Both the position numbers and the translations under genes were made by a program. Below are positions 37,264-47,388 of a stretch of DNA of 64,000 bases, piece after piece. The DNA comes from Rhodothermales bacterium (GTDB taxonomy: Bacteria > Bacteroidota > Rhodothermia > Rhodothermales > UBA10348). The first letter of the stretch is position 1, and the number at the start of each line of letters is the position of its first letter. The notes beneath the pieces were generated by a model that did not search any database, had not been told where the DNA came from, and saw only the letters and a list, made by a program, of their open reading frames with translations. Location of the stretch: assembly GCA_029249345.1 (NCBI GenBank), contig JAQWHM010000017.1:262456-326455 (forward strand), read 5' to 3'.

Positions 37264-38019
37264 TCAGACACTAACGTCAACACTTCCAAATCTGCGCTCT
37301 CGACTTTGAAAATCGCGAATCGCCTCGAAGAGATCATTACGGCGGAAATCGGGCCATAATTGCGCACTAAAATGGAGCTCCGTATAAGCAAGCTGCCACA
37401 GCAAGAAGTTAGAGACCCGATATTCACCGCCAGTGCGTATCAAGAGATCAGGGTCAGGCATGTACGAGGTACTTAATGAGTCAGAAATAAGCTCTTGATC
37501 AATGTCTTCGACGGTTAATTCCGAATCGGATACTCTGCGTGCAAGGTGTTTCATTGCCTCAGTGATTTCCCAACGCCCACTATAAGAAAGGGCCAACGTC
37601 ATGGTCATGCGGGAATACCCGCTCGTATCCTCAATGACCTCTTCCAGTTCTTCTTGACAGGCTTTCGGAAGATGACCCACATCGCCAATAGCCCGAAGCC
37701 TGATATTATTATCGTGGAAGGTTGCCGTCTCTTTTTTGAGTGCTTTGATAAGTAATTGCATCAAAGCATTCACCTCAGTCAACGGCCGACTCCAATTTTC
37801 AGTAGAAAACGTGTACAGCGTTAGATTCGGGATGCCCAATTCGGCGCAAGCTTCCGTTACATCACGGACGGCATGAACGCCATTTTTGTGTCCATGAACG
37901 CGAGTGCGACCTCTCTTTTTGGCCCACCTTCCATTACCATCCATGATAATGGCGATATGCTCTGGTAACGGCCCGTTCGAAACCAATTGGGCCATTTCCT
38001 GACTCAATGGTTGGTTCAA
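37264..38019 (-). CDS. uppS: isoprenyl transferase (undecaprenyl-diphosphate synthase)
   Basis: HIAIIMDGNGRWA, FSTENWSRP and RTGGEYRVSNFLLWQ motifs. TTG 38019 overlaps the rseP stop; alternative ATG at 37995. Confidence 0.93.
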   Translation of the reverse strand: MNQPLSQEMAQLVSNGPLPEHIAIIMDGNGRWAKKRGRTRVHGHKNGVHAVRDVTEACAELGIPNLTLYTFSTENWSRPLTEVNALMQLLIKALKKETATFHDNNIRLRAIGDVGHLPKACQEELEEVIEDTSGYSRMTMTLALSYSGRWEITEAMKHLARRVSDSELTVEDIDQELISDSLSTSYMPDPDLLIRTGGEYRVSNFLLWQLAYTELHFSAQLWPDFRRNDLFEAIRDFQSRERRFGSVDVSV

Positions 38020-39398
38020 AGCTTGATTAGATCATTGAAGATGACAAATACCATAAAGGCTAAAAGTACTAGCATACCTACCTGTTGTAGCGCCATGCGG
38101 ATTTTCAAGGACGGCTCACGGCGCGCGATTCCCTCGTAGATCAAAAACACCAGATGCCCTCCATCTAGTGCAGGTATCGGTAGGATATTGATAATGGCTA
38201 AGGTAATGGAAAGCATGGCTACAATATTCCAGAAGTAAGCAGCACCCAAATCGGCCGCCTCTTTTGTTACCTTCGCGATCATGACCGGTCCCCCAATGTT
38301 CTGCCTGAAATCGTCTTGACCGACGAATATTCGTTTCAAGCTAGACGCAACGAGTCGTGTCTGAAGAAAGGTCTCAGAAACGCCTTGACCGATGGAGGCA
38401 AAGAAGCCATACTTCTTAATTTCCAGAATCTGAGAGATGCCGATGGCATACTGTCCAAGTGATTCTTCACCGGCCATAACGATTTCATAAGCAGTACTAC
38501 CTACCGCTTGTAGCGAATCTGGAAGTCGGACGAACGCAGCGGACGCCTGAGCGGTAACGGTATCTGGACGCACAAACCGCAGTGCAAAATCTGCTCCGTC
38601 TGTGGCTTGAAGTGCAGGAGGAAGATCCGAAAAGAACACCACACTTGAATCACCCAATGCGGTGATGCGGTCCCCTGGCGCCAATCCTGCGCGTTCTGCA
38701 GGAGAGTCTGGAGCTACTATTCCAACCACGGCTGGATCAAACTGTATTCCGAAGGATCCCCCACCCGTATTCAATTGGGTCATAATATCCGAAGGACCTT
38801 CAAAACGAAGGACGCTGGATCCCCGTTCAACGTCAATGATCAACGGATCGGCTAGCAATAACTCTTGAATGCTACCCAAACCCTCGAGTGCATCAACAGG
38901 CTTACCGTTTACGGCTGTTATGTGATCACCCGTCCTCAAGCCCATATCGTAGGCCACGGACTCCGTTGTTACCGTCAACGCTCCAACAGCCGGGATGTAC
39001 GACTTTCCGTAGAGGATCGTCAACGAACTAAAAATCACTGCCGCCAAAATCAAGTTAAAGAGCACGCCGCCCGTTATCACCAATATCCTCTGCCACACAG
39101 GCTTAGATCGGTACTCCCATGGCTGAGGTTCAGCAGCGAGTTCTTCGGTATCCATGCTTTCATCGACCATGCCGGCAATTTTAACATATCCACCAAGCGG
39201 CGTGAGACCCAAAACATACTCAGTTTCACCAACTGTGACTCCTACCACTTTGGGAGGAAAACCGACAGAAAACTTGTCTACTCGCATTTTGAACAGCTTT
39301 GCAAATAGAAAATGTCCCAATTCATGAATGAACACGAGGATCATAATGGCCAACAGGACCCAACCTACGTACGGCAAGAAATTCAGAATAGCTTCCAT
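38016..39398 (-). CDS. rseP: RIP metalloprotease RseP (site-2 protease)
   Basis: HELGHF zinc motif in TM1, PDZ region, and C-terminal NILPIPALDGGH. Confidence 0.93.
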   Translation of the reverse strand: MEAILNFLPYVGWVLLAIMILVFIHELGHFLFAKLFKMRVDKFSVGFPPKVVGVTVGETEYVLGLTPLGGYVKIAGMVDESMDTEELAAEPQPWEYRSKPVWQRILVITGGVLFNLILAAVIFSSLTILYGKSYIPAVGALTVTTESVAYDMGLRTGDHITAVNGKPVDALEGLGSIQELLLADPLIIDVERGSSVLRFEGPSDIMTQLNTGGGSFGIQFDPAVVGIVAPDSPAERAGLAPGDRITALGDSSVVFFSDLPPALQATDGADFALRFVRPDTVTAQASAAFVRLPDSLQAVGSTAYEIVMAGEESLGQYAIGISQILEIKKYGFFASIGQGVSETFLQTRLVASSLKRIFVGQDDFRQNIGGPVMIAKVTKEAADLGAAYFWNIVAMLSITLAIINILPIPALDGGHLVFLIYEGIARREPSLKIRMALQQVGMLVLLAFMVFVIFNDLIKL

Positions 39399-39457
39399 CG
39401 GTTACCCGAATTCGGGTGTTTCAATTACTGGAGTTTGTGGATTTGCGTCAGTCTCTT

Positions 39458-40645
39458 CTAATGGCTGGTAGGCGCACGGAGTTCCTTAGCAATTTTCCGA
39501 GCTACCTGGTCAGCCCTGACTCGATCTTCAAACGAATCCTCGAAAGAATCAGTGACTTGGGATAGGACCTCTTCCACCAGCCGGGTAATAGCAATAAATT
39601 CTAGATCTCCCTTCAAAAAACGGTCTACAGCGATTTCGTTGGCCGCATTCAAGATGGCAGGCACAGCGCCTCCTTGACGAAGCGCTTCAAAAGCCAGTCC
39701 AAGTGATGGGTATTTCCTCAAGTCTGGAGCCTCGAAATCAAGCGAGCGAGTCTCAGACCAATCGAGCACCTCGTGGTCTGACTTCCATCTTTCTGGATAA
39801 GAAAGTGCAAATTGTATAGGCACTTTCATGTCTGGAGGCCCCAACTGCGCCTTTGACGACCCATCTACAAACTCGACCATGGAGTGCACTATGGACTGAG
39901 GGTGGATCACAACATCGATTTTTTCAGGTGGAAGGTCGAACAACCAACGCGCCTCGATGACCTCCAAGCCTTTATTCATCATGGTGGCAGAATCGATCGT
40001 AATCTTAGAACCCATTTCCCAATTTGGGTGGGCCATGGCCTCCTCTCGGGTTATGGAGCCAAAGCTTTCAAGACTTCGTTTCCGAAAAGGACCGCCAGAA
40101 GCCGTAAGGATGAGACGAGATACGAATTCCTCCCGCTCCCCTAACAAACACTGATAGATAGCGGAATGCTCGCTATCCACCGGAATAATTTCAGCGCCAT
40201 GTTGCGAGGCTAATTCCTGAATGAGATCACCGGCTACAACAAGGGTTTCTTTATTGGCCAGCGCGATGCGCGACCCGGTTTTGACCGCTGCAATAGTGGG
40301 CTTCAAGCCCACGGCTCCGACGAGAGCTACCACAACTACATCCAGATTGAGCCACGTCGCTGCCCGGACCAGACCGTCTGAGCCGTCAAAAACCGGACAA
40401 GAAAAATGATTTGAGAGGCTGGCCGCTCCCCCTTTCGCCCCAATCGAGACACATTCAGGAGAAAACTCTGCAGCCTGTTCCTCCAGAAGTCCTACGTTTG
40501 CTCCCGCGGTAATTGCCACAATATCGATCCGTTCAGGATGCATTCGGGCAATATCTAGTGTCTGCGTTCCAATCGACCCCGTAGAACCAAGAATCGCAAC
40601 CCGGATGGGCGGCGTGGGTTTATCGATGCGTTTTTCGACTCTCAA
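39458..40645 (-). CDS. dxr: 1-deoxy-D-xylulose-5-phosphate reductoisomerase
   Basis: ILGSTGSIGTQTLD, LANKETLV, PVDSEHSAI and ASGGPFR motifs; TTG start. Confidence 0.95.
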   Translation of the reverse strand: MRVEKRIDKPTPPIRVAILGSTGSIGTQTLDIARMHPERIDIVAITAGANVGLLEEQAAEFSPECVSIGAKGGAASLSNHFSCPVFDGSDGLVRAATWLNLDVVVVALVGAVGLKPTIAAVKTGSRIALANKETLVVAGDLIQELASQHGAEIIPVDSEHSAIYQCLLGEREEFVSRLILTASGGPFRKRSLESFGSITREEAMAHPNWEMGSKITIDSATMMNKGLEVIEARWLFDLPPEKIDVVIHPQSIVHSMVEFVDGSSKAQLGPPDMKVPIQFALSYPERWKSDHEVLDWSETRSLDFEAPDLRKYPSLGLAFEALRQGGAVPAILNAANEIAVDRFLKGDLEFIAITRLVEEVLSQVTDSFEDSFEDRVRADQVARKIAKELRAPTSH

Positions 40646-40799
40646 AGTGACATGCGCGCCTAGACGCTTTCGAATGATTAGGGTAAAAACACCAAAGGTT
40701 GAAACATACGAGGCCCACCCACGATATTAAAGCGCACTTTCAGGGAAACAGCCGTCCCGCTGCGAAGCAGCTGTACAAAAGAACCCTCTACCCCAGTCC

Positions 40800-42665
40800 A
40801 TGCTTTATATACGTCCATTTGCTTTTTTAATTGCCCTCTCACTGAGTGTGAGCCTGTCAACTGTATCATCAGCACAATCAGTAGACAGCACTCAGGTTGG
40901 ACGATTTCAATTAGCTGAATCATTCATGCGTTCAGGACAATTCCAGAGGGCGATTTCTCTTCTTGAGGACTTGTATCAGGATAGTCCAAACACCCACGTC
41001 TTTTATGAGCGACTTCGAGAAGCGTACGAAAGTGTAAAGCGATATGATGATGCCATTCTACTCATTGATCGGAAAATCCAGCAAGATGCCTCTCCTGTTG
41101 TCTATATCACCGACAAAGCCCGTTTGCTCTTTCTTAAAGGCGATGAAGCAGGATCTAAGGCCACATGGCAATTAGCCATTGATTCCAATGTGACTTCATC
41201 TTCTGTGTACTTGATGGTATACCGATCGCTTATGCAGGTCCGCCTGTTTGATTTTGCGATCGAAGTCCTTGAGCAAGGTCGCGATAATTTGGGGAATGCT
41301 TCTCTTTTTCAAACGGATCTCGCTCAACTTTACAATTTGACGTCTCAGCATGGTAAAGCAGTCTCTCAATACCTCGAACTGCTGAAAATCAATCAGAACC
41401 AACTTAATTACGTCCGCAGCCAGATGAGCCCTTTCCTGACTTCGGATGAAGCCCTCGATAAAAGCATTTCGGTAGCCGAGGAAGGCGTAGCTACTGTGCC
41501 TCTCAACCGGGCATTTAGAGAGCTGCTAGCCTGGCTATATGTCGAAGACGGGCAATTCAGAAGTGCTTTGGATGTATATCGTGCTATTGATCGTTTAGAG
41601 CGTGAAGAGGGCCGATTACTGTTCACATTTGCCCAAATAGCTGCCGACGGGGCCGCGTATGATGTCGCCCTGGAAGCCTTTGATGAGGTATTGCGCCGTT
41701 ATCCAGATGGCTCCTCTGCGCCAGATGCCTTGCGCGGTCTTGGACTCATGCAGGAAATGTGGGCTGAAACACTTGGAGAACAAGTTTTTGACATCGCAGG
41801 TAATCGGCTAGAACGAAACCACTATGATGAAGCGCTCGACACCTACCAGCGCTTTTTAATTGATCACCCTCAGCATCCCCATTTTCCTGATGTTCTCAGA
41901 AGGATCGGAGTGCTTCACCAGGATATCTTTTTTGATTACACCGCTGCTTCTACTGTTCTCACAGAAGTCATAACGAGATACCCTCAGACCATGACGGCCA
42001 ATCAGGCTGCATATGATCTGGGGAGGCTGGCAATTACAGAGAATAGACTTGGGGATGCCCGAATTCAGTTTTCGCGCCTACTAACCCGCCTTCGAACGGG
42101 AGAATTAGCCGATCTGGCCCGCTACGAATTAGCGTTGCTTCATTTTTATAAAGGAGAATTCGAAGCCACGGACGGCTTTACTCGGGCCATGCAAGAAAAC
42201 ACGTCCACAGATGTAGCTAATGACGCTATTGCCATGAAGGTGATGCTCATTGAGAATCGAGGACCTGACTCCTTGGACGTTCCGCTCCGGAAGTTTGCGC
42301 GGACCTCTCTTTTAATCCGGCAACGCAAATGGGAAACAGCGTTACATCAACTCGAAGATCTTGAGGCAGAGATAGGTCTTCATGCCCTTTCTGACGATGT
42401 GCTTTTTTCGAAAGCTGGATTACAAGCTCGAACTGGAGCAATAGATGCCGCGATTCAGTCCTATTTGGAACTGCCGTTAGTTCATGAGGGCAGCTTTCTA
42501 TCGGCCCGAAGCCTTTTTGAAGCTGGTTCGCTTCAAGAAACCCATCTTGGAGATACCGATACTGCAATTCGTACGTTTGAGCGTATCCTGACTGAATATC
42601 CTGGCTCGCTGATGGTCAAGGAAACCCGTGCAGAAATCCGCCGCCTGAGAGGAGACGAAGTGTAA
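40800..42665 (+). CDS. secreted tetratricopeptide-repeat protein
   Basis: Signal peptide (LSTVSSAQS) and multiple TPR-like helical repeats throughout the 621 aa. Confidence 0.75.
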   Translation: MLYIRPFAFLIALSLSVSLSTVSSAQSVDSTQVGRFQLAESFMRSGQFQRAISLLEDLYQDSPNTHVFYERLREAYESVKRYDDAILLIDRKIQQDASPVVYITDKARLLFLKGDEAGSKATWQLAIDSNVTSSSVYLMVYRSLMQVRLFDFAIEVLEQGRDNLGNASLFQTDLAQLYNLTSQHGKAVSQYLELLKINQNQLNYVRSQMSPFLTSDEALDKSISVAEEGVATVPLNRAFRELLAWLYVEDGQFRSALDVYRAIDRLEREEGRLLFTFAQIAADGAAYDVALEAFDEVLRRYPDGSSAPDALRGLGLMQEMWAETLGEQVFDIAGNRLERNHYDEALDTYQRFLIDHPQHPHFPDVLRRIGVLHQDIFFDYTAASTVLTEVITRYPQTMTANQAAYDLGRLAITENRLGDARIQFSRLLTRLRTGELADLARYELALLHFYKGEFEATDGFTRAMQENTSTDVANDAIAMKVMLIENRGPDSLDVPLRKFARTSLLIRQRKWETALHQLEDLEAEIGLHALSDDVLFSKAGLQARTGAIDAAIQSYLELPLVHEGSFLSARSLFEAGSLQETHLGDTDTAIRTFERILTEYPGSLMVKETRAEIRRLRGDEV

Positions 42666-43927
42666 TGAAGAATCGATTGTTCATGACGGTGTTGATTGCT
42701 CTTTTGATAGGTCCGGTGCAGGCTCAAGATCTCCTTATTCCCATGGATGATTCCCAGAGCGATCACCTAAAGGCGTACGGCGTGACATTCTGGTCCTTAA
42801 ACAGGTCCATCGATGTAGATTGGCTACTGAATTACCGTGGTGGATCGTTCCTGATCTCTCGGACACCTGAGGTTGAGAACGAGCTCAGAGTGCGAGGCGT
42901 CCGATACGAGGTGCTCAACGGATCCCAAACGGCGGCAGTCATATCTGAAGTAGAAAGTGATGCCTCCAATACGAGTGTAGTGCGCTTAGAGAAGCCGCCA
43001 AAGATTGCGGTTTATGCTCCAGACCAGACCCTTCCCTGGGATGATGCCGTCCTTTTGGCTCTGACGTATGCTGAGGTGCCTTACGACATGATCTATGATG
43101 ATCAGGTGTTGGCCGGTGATCTAGAAGATTACGATTGGCTTCATCTCCATCATGAAGACTTTACAGGTCAGTACGGTAAGTTTTTTAACTATCGCTCTGC
43201 ACCGTGGTATATCGAGCAGCAGCGCCAGGCCGAAATATCAGCTCGAAAACACGGATATAGAAAGGTGAGCGACTTTAAGCGAGAGGTGGTTCAAGTAATT
43301 CGAGAATATGTTGGCGGTGGAGGTTTTCTTTTTGCAATGTGCTCTGGCACGGATACGTTTGACATTGCATTGGCCGCTCAGGGCACAGACATCGTCCCCA
43401 TGGAATACGACGGTGATCCTATCGATCCAGACGCTCTTGCCTCTTTAGACTTCTCTGAAACGTTCGCATTTACTGATTTTAGACCCAGTTTTAATTCCAG
43501 AGAGTACGAGCATTCTAATATTGACTCGGGGCCTCCTCCTCCCCAACTCCGAAATCCAGCGGTAGACTATTTCACCTTGTTCGAATTCAGCGCTAAGTAC
43601 GACCAAGTACCCACTATGTTGACTCAGAACCACGTTCCCACTGTCAAAGGCTTCATTGGGCAAACCACAAATTTTATCAAGACGCTCATCAAACCAGGCG
43701 TAGTCATCCTTGCTGAAGCCCCAGGCCGAGGTGAAGTCCGATATTTACACGGAACGTTTGGTGAGGGTACTTTTACCTTTTACGGCGGCCATGACCCTGA
43801 GGATTATCAGCACTTTGTGGGCGACCCGGCGACTGATCTGAATCTGCACAAACATTCTCCAGGCTATCGCCTCATTTTAAACAACATTCTTTTTCCGGCT
43901 GCTAAGAAGAAGAAACAAAAGACCTGA
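42665..43927 (+). CDS. secreted class-I glutamine-amidotransferase-like fold protein (uncharacterised family)
   Basis: Signal peptide; start overlaps the TPR gene stop (TAATG). Contains GGGGFLFAMCSGTDTF, a nucleophile-elbow-like Cys motif. Lys-rich C-terminus AAKKKKQKT. Confidence 0.55.
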   Translation: MKNRLFMTVLIALLIGPVQAQDLLIPMDDSQSDHLKAYGVTFWSLNRSIDVDWLLNYRGGSFLISRTPEVENELRVRGVRYEVLNGSQTAAVISEVESDASNTSVVRLEKPPKIAVYAPDQTLPWDDAVLLALTYAEVPYDMIYDDQVLAGDLEDYDWLHLHHEDFTGQYGKFFNYRSAPWYIEQQRQAEISARKHGYRKVSDFKREVVQVIREYVGGGGFLFAMCSGTDTFDIALAAQGTDIVPMEYDGDPIDPDALASLDFSETFAFTDFRPSFNSREYEHSNIDSGPPPPQLRNPAVDYFTLFEFSAKYDQVPTMLTQNHVPTVKGFIGQTTNFIKTLIKPGVVILAEAPGRGEVRYLHGTFGEGTFTFYGGHDPEDYQHFVGDPATDLNLHKHSPGYRLILNNILFPAAKKKKQKT

Positions 43928-43930
43928 TCC

Positions 43931-44470
43931 ATGGACCGCCTAACTCGGACGGCTTCGCACTCCTACAGCATCATGAGCGAACTGGTGCTTCCCAACGACA
44001 CCAACGGCCTTGGTAATTTGATGGGTGGCAGGCTGTTGCACTGGATGGACATTTGTGCTGCTATATCCTCTCAACGGCACGCTGGTAGCGTGTGTGTTAC
44101 GGCTTCTGTAGATAATGTGGAGTTTCATCATCCGATTCTCCAATCTGATATCGTGATTCTAGAGAGCCGCGTTAATCGGGCCTTCAACTCCTCCATGGAG
44201 ATTGAAATCACGGTGGATGCTGAAAACCCGCGAACAGGCACCAAAAAAAGATGCAATCAGGCGTTTTACACGTTCGTAGCAGTTGATTCCGATGGAAAAC
44301 CCAAGCAGATACCGGAATTAGTACCTGAAACTGCGGAAGAAATTGAGCGATTCAATAGTGCTCAATTGAGACGAGACTTCAGACTCTTTCTGGCTGGAAG
44401 ACTCAATGCAGAACGCGTCGAGAATATCGAGGACTTTTTGAAATCTGTGAAAGATGCTCATTCTCTTTAG
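43931..44470 (+). CDS. acyl-CoA thioesterase (hotdog fold, YciA/BFIT-like)
   Basis: ELVLPNDTNGLGNLMGGRLLHWMDICAAISSQRH and VCVTASVDNVEFHHPI motifs. Confidence 0.88.
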   Translation: MDRLTRTASHSYSIMSELVLPNDTNGLGNLMGGRLLHWMDICAAISSQRHAGSVCVTASVDNVEFHHPILQSDIVILESRVNRAFNSSMEIEITVDAENPRTGTKKRCNQAFYTFVAVDSDGKPKQIPELVPETAEEIERFNSAQLRRDFRLFLAGRLNAERVENIEDFLKSVKDAHSL

Positions 44471-44963
44471 TCCTTCAGCTTTACGCGGCTCGTATTGTTT
44501 GCCCCGTATCATCCTTCTTCTAGGATGTTTCGTAATCTGTTCCAGCCAAGTAGACGCCCAGAGTAGAGGCCCCGTAACCTACAGTGCGGGGATTATGGTG
44601 GGAACCGTAAATGGTGTCTCTGTCAAAGGTTCATTCGAAGATCAAGCTGCTGCCCCGTTCGGTAGTGGGTTTAGGAGTATCGATATCAACTTGAGTAGTG
44701 ACCTCGCTGATTTTGTTCTATCGTCGGCTCATATTCGAATTGACCATCACGTACTGAATTCTCCCCTTACCACGTTCCTAGGTCCTGGAATGACGCTTGG
44801 GGTAGATGAAAATGAGATTTTTTGGGGGCCTTCTGGCGTCTTGGGCTTTTTCTTCTCGAAAGGCCCTTATGAGGTATTTTTACAACTCATGCCGCGACTC
44901 ACCATCACGCCAAAAATGGACGGAAGGATCGAATCTGCTGCCGGGCTTCGCTTGAAAATGTGA
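44454..44963 (+). CDS. hypothetical small secreted / outer-membrane beta-rich protein
   Basis: 169-aa ORF with signal-like N-terminus (ILLLGCFVICSSQVDAQS) and alternating beta-strand-like pattern. Overlaps the thioesterase 3' end by 17 nt. Confidence 0.45.
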   Translation: MLILFSPSALRGSYCLPRIILLLGCFVICSSQVDAQSRGPVTYSAGIMVGTVNGVSVKGSFEDQAAAPFGSGFRSIDINLSSDLADFVLSSAHIRIDHHVLNSPLTTFLGPGMTLGVDENEIFWGPSGVLGFFFSKGPYEVFLQLMPRLTITPKMDGRIESAAGLRLKM

Positions 44964-45021
44964 AACCGTTAATCCGCCTCAGAGTTACTCCGCCTCCTCA
45001 TTCAATACTTCAAAGGCCGAA

Positions 45022-45933
45022 TTGTACCGAAGAATACTCATAACGGGAGCCAATGGCTTGCTGGGCCAGCATCTGGTTCGGGTCATGGGGTCTATGCCTG
45101 AATATGACCTACTGACTACCGGTCAGGATGAGTCTCCACGGTTTTCTGGCGGATCTTGTGGATACACTCGTCTCGACATTACGGACAATGATTCCGTTGC
45201 TCGACTCATAGACGACTTTGCCCCGGATGTAATTATTAATTGTGCTGCACTGACCAACGTTGATCAGTGTGAAGTAAACCGGGAAGCATGCTGGAATGTG
45301 AATGCAGTTGCCGTAGAACATCTTGCAAAATGTTGTTTGGCCAAGGGTATTCGTCTGATTCAAGTATCGACAGATTTCGTATTCGATGGTGCCTCAGGCC
45401 CCTACAAAGAGTCTGCCCGCCCAAATCCCATCAATTATTACGGACGATCCAAGCTAGCTGGTGAGAACTATGCACGGGGCGCTGGCACTGAAAAATGGGC
45501 CATCGTTCGGACAGTTCTGGTGTATGGCGCCGCTGAAAACCTCAGTCGATCCAATTTTTTCCTCTGGGTGCGCGATCAACTTATGGCCGGCAAACCCATA
45601 CGCGTAGTGAACGATCAATGGCGTACTCCTACCTATGCGCTAGATCTGGCCAACGGCATTGAGCAAATCATTCGCTACGGAAGACATGGTGTTTTCCATG
45701 TGTCTGGACGTGAATACTTAACCGTGCATGATTTCGCCTGCCAAATCGCTGAAGCGCTGGATTTAGACCGCTCCCTCATTTCGGCTACTGATAGTCAGAC
45801 CTTTAAACAAACGGCAGCACGTCCAGCAAAGACTGGGTTTATCATTCTGAAAGCAGAAACGGAACTTGGATATGCGCCCCATTCCTCTTCAAAAGCGGTT
45901 GAGGATCTAATGCATCAACTAGGAAACGTTTAG
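45022..45933 (+). CDS. rfbD: dTDP-4-dehydrorhamnose reductase-like SDR (RmlD family)
   Basis: ILITGANGLLGQ Rossmann motif, STDFVFDG, YGRSKLAGE (YxxxK), and WRTPTYALDLA. Confidence 0.85.
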   Translation: MYRRILITGANGLLGQHLVRVMGSMPEYDLLTTGQDESPRFSGGSCGYTRLDITDNDSVARLIDDFAPDVIINCAALTNVDQCEVNREACWNVNAVAVEHLAKCCLAKGIRLIQVSTDFVFDGASGPYKESARPNPINYYGRSKLAGENYARGAGTEKWAIVRTVLVYGAAENLSRSNFFLWVRDQLMAGKPIRVVNDQWRTPTYALDLANGIEQIIRYGRHGVFHVSGREYLTVHDFACQIAEALDLDRSLISATDSQTFKQTAARPAKTGFIILKAETELGYAPHSSSKAVEDLMHQLGNV

Positions 45934-46038
45934 ATCAGAACTGCTGCTTATCCTCTGAATCACAGGTAATTCGAAACCAACCTTCCATTCTGGAAAGAGG
46001 TGTGCTTAACTTGTCCTCTCACCAACCAATGAACAGGA

Positions 46039-47316
46039 ATGCTTGATCTCCAATTCATCAGAGACCATACTGACGCAGTAAAAGCGGCAATCACCAACAA
46101 GTCTGCAGGAGATCCGGCCTCCGTCGACGCGCTCCTCGAACTTGATGCCGATTGGAGACGCATCACAACCGATCTTCAAGAGACACAGACGCTGGCCAAT
46201 ACAGCTGCGCGCCAAATTGGTGAGCTCATGAAGTCGGGTCAGAAAGATCAGGCCCAAAGCGCGATTGCCGAAAGCTCTCGCCTAAAAGGTGTCACTAAAG
46301 AACTAGAAGACGCACAACGTCAAGCACAAGACGCTCTCAGCGCTCTCCTTCTTGAGATTCCGAATGTGCCCCATTCCAGTGTGCCAGTCGGAGCTACTCC
46401 GGATGACAATGTTACCGCCTATGAATGGGGTAGCAAGTCCGAATTTGATTTTACTGCAGTGCCCCACTGGGACCTCCTCGATAAATGGGAGATGGCCGAC
46501 TTTGATCGTGGATCGAAAGTCTCGGGAGCCGGATTTCCGTTTTACAAAGGCGCAGGCGCCAAAATCCAGCGCGCGTTGATCAACTTTTTCCTGGATAAAG
46601 CAATTGAAGCAGGATATGTTGAGATTCAGGCTCCTCTAGTTGTGAACGAGGACTCTGCTCGGGGGACAGGACAGCTTCCAGACAAAGAGGACTTGATGTA
46701 TGAAGCCAAACGAGACGGCCTCTACCTCATTCCAACGGCCGAAGTGCCGGTAACGAACCTGCACAGGGACGAAATCATACCTGAGTCGGAGCTTCCAATT
46801 CGCTATTGCGGATACACTCCTTGTTTTCGCCGTGAAGCAGGCTCTCACGGGAAAGATGTACGAGGCTTGAATCGGTTGCATCAATTTGACAAAATCGAAT
46901 TAGTCCACTTTGTGGCTCCAGAAGACAGCTACAGCGCTCTTGAAGACTTGCGTAATCACGCCGAAAGTCTGCTTCAGGCGCTTGAACTTCCCTACCGCCG
47001 ATTGTTGATGTGCACTGGAGACATGGGATTTACTCAAGCTAAAAAATATGATTTAGAAGTCTGGAGTGGCGGACAGGAACGCTGGCTGGAGGTTTCCTCT
47101 ATTTCCAACTTTGAAACCTTCCAAGCGCGTCGAATGCGCATTCGTTACAGACCGGCCGATGGAGGAAAACCACAGATTCTGCACACCATCAACGGTAGTG
47201 GATTAGCTCTTCCACGCATCGTGGCCGCTCTACTGGAGAACAACCAGAACGAAGACGGCTCTATCTCAATTCCCACCGTCTTACAGCCTTATTTCGGCGG
47301 CAAATTTATCGGTTAA
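46039..47316 (+). CDS. serS: serine--tRNA ligase
   Basis: MLDLQFIRDH, N-terminal coiled-coil arm, and class II motifs (FRREAGSHGKDVRGLNRLHQFDK, TINGSGLALPR). Confidence 0.96.
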   Translation: MLDLQFIRDHTDAVKAAITNKSAGDPASVDALLELDADWRRITTDLQETQTLANTAARQIGELMKSGQKDQAQSAIAESSRLKGVTKELEDAQRQAQDALSALLLEIPNVPHSSVPVGATPDDNVTAYEWGSKSEFDFTAVPHWDLLDKWEMADFDRGSKVSGAGFPFYKGAGAKIQRALINFFLDKAIEAGYVEIQAPLVVNEDSARGTGQLPDKEDLMYEAKRDGLYLIPTAEVPVTNLHRDEIIPESELPIRYCGYTPCFRREAGSHGKDVRGLNRLHQFDKIELVHFVAPEDSYSALEDLRNHAESLLQALELPYRRLLMCTGDMGFTQAKKYDLEVWSGGQERWLEVSSISNFETFQARRMRIRYRPADGGKPQILHTINGSGLALPRIVAALLENNQNEDGSISIPTVLQPYFGGKFIG

Positions 47317-47388
47317 TACGTTGAGAATTGCACAACAAAAGCAACACGAATCAGTATACTAGTGTGCCCCTTAGATGGACTTAGCATC

